Positions 10,324 through 16,003 of a stretch of 32,000 nucleotides of DNA are shown here, one piece after another (position 1 is the first letter of the stretch; each line of letters starts with the position of its first letter). The translations under genes and the position numbers were made by a program. Location: the NCBI RefSeq assembly GCF_000392435.1, contig NC_021219.1:900001-932000 (forward strand), in the 5' to 3' direction. This stretch comes from Candidatus Saccharimonas aalborgensis. Lineage in GTDB: Bacteria > Patescibacteriota > Saccharimonadia > Saccharimonadales > Saccharimonadaceae. The notes below the pieces were generated by a model that ran no database searches, was not told the origin of the DNA, and saw only the letters and a program-made list of their open reading frames with translations.

Positions 10324-11314
10324 ATTTTAAAACGCGCAGCAGCTCATCGACTGATTCATCAAGTTGAAATTGTTTTTTGGCGTGATCACGTTCTTTCTTG
10401 GTGGCTTGACCAAGTGCAACGGCTTGCTTGATGCCGGTGAGGAGTGCTAATGGACTCCGCGGTTCGACTAGCGTCAGTAGCCCGCAGTTTGTTTCGGGCA
10501 GGCCACCAACATTACTGGCGACAACTCTACAGCCCGCGTGTTGTGCTTCAATCGAAAGCATGCCAAACGGCTCCGCAAAGACCGACGGCATCATGAGAAT
10601 ATCACTATGTGCCAAGAGCCTTGCCATTTGTTTGACTGATTTTTGCGCCGGCATGAGTTTTGCATATGGATAGTCCCGTAACATACGTGCAATTTCGCGA
10701 CCAGTGCCAACGTGCAACCCGGCCGTGACGAGTGTGACGTGGTAGCCGTTATGCCGCATGTCTTTGCTGTGCATCATTTCGAGGATAGTATAGATGCCTT
10801 TTTCGGGGTGGAGTCGACCGGCAAAGACGATGCGCGTGCGCTTAGTGGGTTTGCTGCGCGTCATGCTGCCATAGACCGGGTCGGCAAATGGCAACACGAT
10901 ATGGATACGGGCGTACGGTATATCTAGGTATAGCGCCCACTGCTGACCGCTATATACGCTGGTCGCAATGATAGTTCGACCGACGATGTAGAGCTTGTAT
11001 CGGTCACAGTCGGAGTCTTTCGGGATCGAGCAATGCAATATGATGGCGGCCTTGTGGCGTGTCGGTACATTGTAGGCTTTGTTGACGAAGACTACAGTGC
11101 CCGGTAGTTCGCTGATGTGTGCTTCGCTCCCGAGTGCAGTAAATGGAATGTCGGTGAAATCTTGTCGACCATCTTTGGTGCCGTGGCCGAGTGTCACTAC
11201 TTGGGCATCTATTCCGCGCCGTCGCAGCTCGCGGATGTGTCCTGCGGTGTAGGTTTCGGACCCACCAGTACCAGCGACCATCGGTTCACCGGGTGGCCAG
11301 ATAAATGAAATCAT
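10316..11314 (-). CDS. GT4-family glycosyltransferase
   Basis: 332-aa ORF; GGSETYTAGHIRELRRRGID, VVFAGRLHPEKGIYTILEMM, LLMPSVFAEPFGMLSIEAQHAGCRVVASNVGGLPE. Confidence 0.9.
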   Translation of the reverse strand: MISFIWPPGEPMVAGTGGSETYTAGHIRELRRRGIDAQVVTLGHGTKDGRQDFTDIPFTALGSEAHISELPGTVVFVNKAYNVPTRHKAAIILHCSIPKDSDCDRYKLYIVGRTIIATSVYSGQQWALYLDIPYARIHIVLPFADPVYGSMTRSKPTKRTRIVFAGRLHPEKGIYTILEMMHSKDMRHNGYHVTLVTAGLHVGTGREIARMLRDYPYAKLMPAQKSVKQMARLLAHSDILMMPSVFAEPFGMLSIEAQHAGCRVVASNVGGLPETNCGLLTLVEPRSPLALLTGIKQAVALGQATKKERDHAKKQFQLDESVDELLRVLKST

Positions 11315-11526
11315 GAGAAACCCCTTCTTTTAAGTTGTGTATTGAGCCAAAGGACTGTAAGAAGAGATATTTGGTAGTGAAATAAGAGGTCTTAGAATGA
11401 TCTAGCTACTTCTAGTATAACACAGTTGTAACCGAGTGACTGGATCGCCCTCTTTCCGTAGACATGACAGTAAAAGCAATGGCAAAGTTCACTTTTTTGT
11501 TGTGGCTTACCTCTTATTTTAAAAGA

Positions 11527-12201
11527 CTAAATGCTAAGTGATTTTGCGATATTCTCGAGATCGCTAATTATCTCCTTGGCTGAAGCCGACGAGTAATCAA
11601 TATTTGTTGCTGTTTGGGCTCCAGGAACTATTTGGTAGAGATGAATATACAGCTTCTTTCCGTTTAGCTGCAAATAGCAATTATCACCCGAGGGTGCGCA
11701 GGTCGCGAGAAATAACGTCGTTGGTGTTTTGAGGATATGTATAGTGGTGCCAGCCTTGGTTTTGACAGAACTGACAGCAGTAATCCCTTCATCAAATCTT
11801 TGTTCCATTAAGTTTGACTCAGAGCCTTCGTGTACAAATGAGCTAATAAGGTATTTTTCATTACCGATCGTCTTGACGATATTATATGGCTCAAACACCT
11901 TTTCGACTGACCAGCCTTTCGGTAGCACCACGGTGTAGAAGTCTTTAGAGGTTGTCCCATCACTTTTGCTTGGGTAAATTGAAACTGCACCAGAAGTATC
12001 TTTAGGTTGCTCTGTTTCTGTCGTTGTTTGTGTAATTTTTGTTTGATCAGATTGCTGTGCACTATTGCTGGCTGTGTTGTCGCTCGTCTTCGTTTCCTTC
12101 TGTTTATTAAAGAACATCCATCCTAGCACGCCAATCAACCCGACAACAACCACAACAAGCACTATTTCAACTACGCCAAACCCTTTTACGTTTTTACTCA
12201 T
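11527..12201 (-). CDS. Membrane-anchored protein with prepilin-like N-terminus
   Basis: 224-aa ORF; GFGVVEIVLVVVVVGLIGVLGWMFFNKQKE resembles a prepilin N-terminal helix; low-complexity linker then unassigned domain. Confidence 0.55.
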   Translation of the reverse strand: MSKNVKGFGVVEIVLVVVVVGLIGVLGWMFFNKQKETKTSDNTASNSAQQSDQTKITQTTTETEQPKDTSGAVSIYPSKSDGTTSKDFYTVVLPKGWSVEKVFEPYNIVKTIGNEKYLISSFVHEGSESNLMEQRFDEGITAVSSVKTKAGTTIHILKTPTTLFLATCAPSGDNCYLQLNGKKLYIHLYQIVPGAQTATNIDYSSASAKEIISDLENIAKSLSI

Positions 12202-12333
12202 ATTCTTGCCCTTTCGATATAGTTTATTAGCCCTTACGCTTAGTTATAGCACAGGTAGGGTTTACAAGTTAAGAAAAACTACCACACGATAGGTTAGTTC
12301 TACTTTGAGTCATTGGCTATGTTACAATGATCC

Positions 12334-13248
12334 GTGGTTTATAAAATAATTACAGGTTCGCTTTTTCTGTTAAACACTTCAATGAATACTCTAGTGGAAA
12401 AGTTAAGCTCTCATCAGCAAAGTACTCGCAATAAATGGCGTCACGAGCGACCACTGTCGAATCATGATTGGTGGATGTATCTTAGTCTACTGTTCTTGGT
12501 AATCGGTACTTTGCTAATGATTCCGCTTGGCCAGAAAATAGAGGGCGTGACTGTTCTGGGGGTTGGCGCACTGATGACCTTTGGTGCAACCCGTGCGTAT
12601 AGTCGACATGCGCTACTCATATTCTTGTCTATTGCAATTATTGGGGTTGCGCCAATAGGTACGAGTATAGATCTTATGCACATAATATCGATGGGCGCGT
12701 TGATAGGGCTAGCTGTGCTCATACCGTTTGTGGTAACACGATTCTTGTACAAAGAATCTGTAATACGCTTTCCAATCGGACGGCACACTTGGACCCGGGG
12801 ACACGTTGGGTATCTGCTTTTGGCGTGTATATTGAGTTATCTCATATTGCCGTATTGGATGCAGACGACGGGAGCGTATCAGAATTGGGTAGTTGAGAAT
12901 GACCCATACCATTTATTCATTTTGTTTCTTGGTACGAACGGCTTAGGCATTTGGGATGAGCTGTTCTTTATTGTTACGGTATTGGCGCTACTTAAACGGC
13001 ATATGCCGTTTCATCAAGCAAATCTTGTACAAGCACTACTATTCACCTCATTTTTATATGAGCTAGGGTTTCGTGGCTGGGCTCCATTTATTATCTATCC
13101 CTTTGCGCTGCTCCAGGGTCTAGTATTTCGTCGGACCGATAACCTGGTATATATTATTGCGATTCACCTGACGATCGATTTCGTATTGTATTTAGCTTTG
13201 ATCAATGCCCATCATCCTCAACTATTAAATATTTTTATAACAAGGTAG
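12334..13248 (+). CDS. Divergent CPBP (CAAX protease-like) membrane protein, copy 1
   Basis: 304 aa; GLGIWDELFFIVTVLALLKRHMPF...ALLFTSFLYELGFRGWAPFIIYPFALLQGLVF...IHLTIDF. Confidence 0.6.
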   Translation: MVYKIITGSLFLLNTSMNTLVEKLSSHQQSTRNKWRHERPLSNHDWWMYLSLLFLVIGTLLMIPLGQKIEGVTVLGVGALMTFGATRAYSRHALLIFLSIAIIGVAPIGTSIDLMHIISMGALIGLAVLIPFVVTRFLYKESVIRFPIGRHTWTRGHVGYLLLACILSYLILPYWMQTTGAYQNWVVENDPYHLFILFLGTNGLGIWDELFFIVTVLALLKRHMPFHQANLVQALLFTSFLYELGFRGWAPFIIYPFALLQGLVFRRTDNLVYIIAIHLTIDFVLYLALINAHHPQLLNIFITR

Positions 13249-13303
13249 CGCGGAGACAGCTATAGTAGTATATCTTTCACCTGCCAGCAGACAGTTTCTG
13301 GGT

Positions 13304-14056
13304 ATGGCCCTTCCCCTCGCTGGGGGTTATATAACGATAGTTACGCGGTTAAGTCAGGTGATCGGTTACATTCTGATTGCTCTATCACTTCTGGTACTAA
13401 TCAGTCTTCGTCACAGTCGAGAGCGTAACTATATGCTCTGGCTATGGTTGGGAGTGGCAATGCTAGCGATTACGCCAATTGGTACAGAGGTTAAGCCATA
13501 TTATTTAATATTTATGACCCTTGGCCTGGCGGCATCCGTCTTAGTACCTTATGGACTAGCTAGGCGTTATGATGAACATTCATTTATCCATCTTGGGCTT
13601 AACTTCCGTCGTCGCTGGACAAGAAACGAGGTTAAGTATGTGGTGTTTGCAGCGGTGATGACAGCATTTTGGCAACCGCTTTATTTTCTAACGACGAATG
13701 CCCATTTTAGCTGGCATATGGATACGACAGTCAACATTCTTGTATCGTTTGCGTCTATTATGGCGGTAGGCGTATGGGAGGAATTTTTCTTTATAGCCCT
13801 CGTGCTGGCCATTGCAAAACGCTACTTGCCGTTTTGGTTAGCAAACATTATCCAAAGTTCTATGTTTACGAGCTTTCTATTTGCTATGGGTTTTAGGGGT
13901 TGGATTGTCCCATTAGTTCTAGCTTATGCCCTATACCAAGGTTATGTATTCCATGTTACTCGGAGTCTTCTGGTGACTATAAGCATACACGTCATAGTAG
14001 ATATCATTGTGTTTATTTCATTGCTCTACAGTGCTCGCCCAGATTTGTTCAGTTAA
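13304..14056 (+). CDS. Divergent CPBP (CAAX protease-like) membrane protein, copy 2
   Basis: 250 aa; VGVWEEFFFIALVLAIAKRYLPF...SSMFTSFLFAMGFRGWIVPLVLAYALYQGYVF...IHVIVDI, clearly paralogous to the preceding ORF. Confidence 0.62.
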   Translation: MALPLAGGYITIVTRLSQVIGYILIALSLLVLISLRHSRERNYMLWLWLGVAMLAITPIGTEVKPYYLIFMTLGLAASVLVPYGLARRYDEHSFIHLGLNFRRRWTRNEVKYVVFAAVMTAFWQPLYFLTTNAHFSWHMDTTVNILVSFASIMAVGVWEEFFFIALVLAIAKRYLPFWLANIIQSSMFTSFLFAMGFRGWIVPLVLAYALYQGYVFHVTRSLLVTISIHVIVDIIVFISLLYSARPDLFS

Positions 14057-14310
14057 TCAAACAAATATCAAAAAGGCATGTCTTTGAAAATTTCAGCTCG
14101 GTGTGGTGAATCTTGTTGGTTGTGTGCTAGAAGGTTGACGAATTGCACTGTTTGAGCGTATTTCGGATCGTCTCAAAGTGAGCAATAATTGTGGTGAGCT
14201 CGGATCTAATTCCCTGAAACACCTTGACTAATCAACTGAGGCCTCTATCCTAGAGAGGCGTATCAAGCACCCTGCATCGCAGAATAAGTAAAGAGGCTAA
14301 TATACAGGAA

Positions 14311-14355
14311 AAGAAAATATCTCTTTTGTTCTTGTGGCAAAAGAGATATTTTCTT
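14311..14355. terminator. 18-bp perfect hairpin; probable original terminator of tRNA-Gln (minus strand) displaced by the element
   Basis: AAGAAAATATCTCTTTTG (14311-14328) / CAAAAGAGATATTTTCTT (14338-14355), 9-nt loop; minus strand continues into TTTTCC. Confidence 0.75.
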
Positions 14356-14359
14356 GGCT
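14354..14359. other. attL core TTGGCT
   Basis: Direct repeat with 17534-17539; also present in inverted orientation as AGCCAA at 15716-15721. Confidence 0.8.
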
Positions 14360-14516
14360 CAATTTTACAACGAAGCTAGAACCTATTTCCAACACAAAGT
14401 CTAAACCAAGCCCCGCCAGACCTGACTTTTACAATTTTTCTATCTTTTACCCCCGCCGTACATCATTTTTAATTGAGAAAAAGTCAGGTCTGTCGGGTCG
14501 GTTGCGCTGGAGTGCA
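14354..14516 (+). repeat. Inverted repeat arm a (left end): recombinase 3' tail (..LAQFYNEARTYFQHKV*) plus 3' UTR
   Basis: 163 bp, identical to reverse complement of 15559-15721 except one substitution (14420 vs 15655). Stop TAA at 14402-14404. Confidence 0.96.
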
Positions 14517-14565
14517 GAATACCACACAATATCATGAGCTAACAGAGGTAAGAGCGTCGTAAGAG

Positions 14566-14594
14566 TTGACATAATAATAAAGTTAGTGTATAAT
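14566..14594 (+). promoter_or_regulatory. Consensus sigma70 promoter TTGACA-N17-TATAAT
   Basis: TTGACA at 14566-14571, TATAAT at 14589-14594, exactly 17-bp spacer. Confidence 0.85.
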
Positions 14595-14604
14595 GTCATT
14601 ATAC

Positions 14605-15393
14605 ATGTCTGAATGGAAAATAGCGACTCCCATAAACAAATTTGAGCACCTGGATAGTGGCTCACAGATTGACATTGTCTCTGTTGTTCATGTTGGCACG
14701 CCTGACTACTACAGAAAGTTAGGCAATTATATTACGACGAGACAAAATAATGGCTTTACTGTTCACTATGAGACAATTTCATCAGATGATAAAATGACTC
14801 CACCGACAAATCCTATAGAATCTCTAAAAACTAGAGTTCAAGAAGCCAGAACTGACATATCTGCCGATAATCTTATATTAGTAGAAGACTATAGCAATTA
14901 CACTACTCAGTGTGACTCTGATATGTTTAATATTTCAGATGCTGAAAATCACGATATCACAGAGGCTGATTACGTCCGCCGTTCAGGCCTTTTAACACTT
15001 ACGGGAAATTGGATTAATGCGCGCCGTTTAAACCATAAGCTAGAAAAAGCTGCCAACAGAGGATCGGATATTATGGACGAACTTATTTTTGACTTGCTCA
15101 AAAAGGACATAGATGCGATAGCAAACGGCACGCGGCGTAATAAAAGACGGGACGGGGTTACAATACATGCACGCAATCAGATAGCACTGGAAGGCATAGA
15201 TACTGCACTAGCCGATAACTCAGCGGCCAAGCTGTTACTGGTTTGGGGCATTGGACACCTTGCGGGACTGCAGTCTGGTCTAATATATAGAGGCTACGCG
15301 CTTACCGACCATGAAGAAGTTGACGTAGCAGTAAACTATGCTCAGCTGAGGCGTAATATGGACACAAATGAACTAGCGCTACAGCGGCCGTAA
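14605..15393 (+). CDS. TraB/GumN-like (TraB/PrgY superfamily) protein carried by the element
   Basis: IDIVSVVHVGTPDYYRKLGNYI near the N-terminus and ARNQIALEGIDTALADNSAAKLLLVWGIGHLAGLQSGLIYRGY near the C-terminus. Start moved from the ORF-track 14593, which lies inside the -10 box, to 14605 (MSEWKIAT...). Confidence 0.55.
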   Translation: MSEWKIATPINKFEHLDSGSQIDIVSVVHVGTPDYYRKLGNYITTRQNNGFTVHYETISSDDKMTPPTNPIESLKTRVQEARTDISADNLILVEDYSNYTTQCDSDMFNISDAENHDITEADYVRRSGLLTLTGNWINARRLNHKLEKAANRGSDIMDELIFDLLKKDIDAIANGTRRNKRRDGVTIHARNQIALEGIDTALADNSAAKLLLVWGIGHLAGLQSGLIYRGYALTDHEEVDVAVNYAQLRRNMDTNELALQRP

Positions 15394-15715
15394 GTGAAAC
15401 TTGGTAGATAATCGGTCATTATAAATAGACGCCTACCTAGCGTTGAGTAATGACCCAAATAGCGATGTAGCATGTAACTGACCATAAGGCTACAAGTATA
15501 AAGAATTGGAGCGCGGCATACGCTTTGGATTACTATCTATAATCATATTCAACTGCCATGCACTCCAGCGCAACCGACCCGACAGACCTGACTTTTTCTC
15601 AATTAAAAATGATGTACGGCGGGGGTAAAAGATAGAAAAATTGTAAAAGTCAGGGCTGGCGGGGCTTGGTTTAGACTTTGTGTTGGAAATAGGTTCTAGC
15701 TTCGTTGTAAAATTG

Positions 15716-15721
15716 AGCCAA
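15716..15721 (-). other. Internal attP-like core (AGCCAA on + strand)
   Basis: Flanked on one side by arm a sequence and on the other by arm b sequence, as expected for unrecombined attP. Confidence 0.75.
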
Positions 15722-15744
15722 ATTCGGACTTTTTAGGAATTGGT

Positions 15745-15765
15745 CGCCCATTTGGGCGGCTTTTT
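15745..15765 (+). terminator. Rho-independent terminator-like hairpin CGCCC-ATTT-GGGCG-GCTTTTT
   Basis: 5-bp GC stem followed by T5; the same element reversed at 17488-17510. Confidence 0.6.
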
Positions 15766-15851
15766 CTTTGGTTGCGCAGAGCGCAAGCCAGATGTTTTCT
15801 TGGGGGGGGGAATTGGAATTGGTGCGCGGCAGGAGCCGCGCTTGTTTTTAG

Positions 15852-15870
15852 ACCGCCGCAGGCGGTTTTC
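15852..15870 (+). terminator. Short hairpin ACCGCC-GCA-GGCGGT-TTT between repeat arm and recombinase leader
   Basis: 6-bp stem then T tract. Confidence 0.45.
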
Positions 15871-15879
15871 CTTGGTATA

Positions 15880-15999
15880 ATGAAAGAGCAACCAACCAGT
15901 GAAGAATTGTTTTATTTGAGGGCTTTAATGGCCGTCTTGGACAATCTAGTTCTTCTAGGTTGGTTGCACCAGGACGGTCATTTAAGTTTTAGGGGGTGA
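15880..15999 (+). CDS. Small leader ORF upstream of recombinase (39 aa)
   Basis: MKEQPTSEELFYLRALMAVLDNLVLLGWLHQDGHLSFRG*, ends 4 nt before the recombinase ATG; start overlaps a TGGTATAAT extended -10-like motif, so an internal start at 15928 (MAVLDNL...) is an alternative. Confidence 0.5.
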   Translation: MKEQPTSEELFYLRALMAVLDNLVLLGWLHQDGHLSFRG

Positions 16000-16003
16000 A
16001 ACT

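Larger units (their letters stand above)
15559..15852 (-). repeat. Internal inverted copy of the joined attP/recombinase 3' end
   Basis: 15559-15721 matches 14354-14516 reversed; 15716-15852 matches 17405-17539 reversed, differing by homopolymer lengths (G9 vs G6, T5 vs T6). The 6-bp core is shared. Confidence 0.95.
15671..15852 (-). pseudogene. Detached 3'-terminal fragment of the serine recombinase gene, with native stop
   Basis: Minus strand encodes ...KQARLLPRTNSNSP..QENIWLALCATKEKAAQMGDQFLKSPNLAQFYNEARTYFQHKV*, stop at 15671-15673; no catalytic domain. Confidence 0.88.

Noticed and set aside
14593-14604. Upstream start (MSLYMSEW...) for the TraB-like ORF
   Set aside because: The ATG at 14593 lies inside the TATAAT box of a consensus promoter.
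14354-15721. Stand-alone transposon with 163-bp terminal inverted repeats around the TraB-like gene
   Set aside because: The repeat arm encodes the recombinase C-terminal tail in frame, and the right arm is contiguous with the other repeat. The one-element model with split and joined att sites explains all arms; an independent TIR transposon does not.
15772-15999. 75-aa ORF starting in the repeat arm (MRRAQARCFLGGGNWNWC...)
   Set aside because: Its N-terminal part is antisense to recombinase coding sequence and crosses terminator-like hairpins; only the last 39 codons are plausible.
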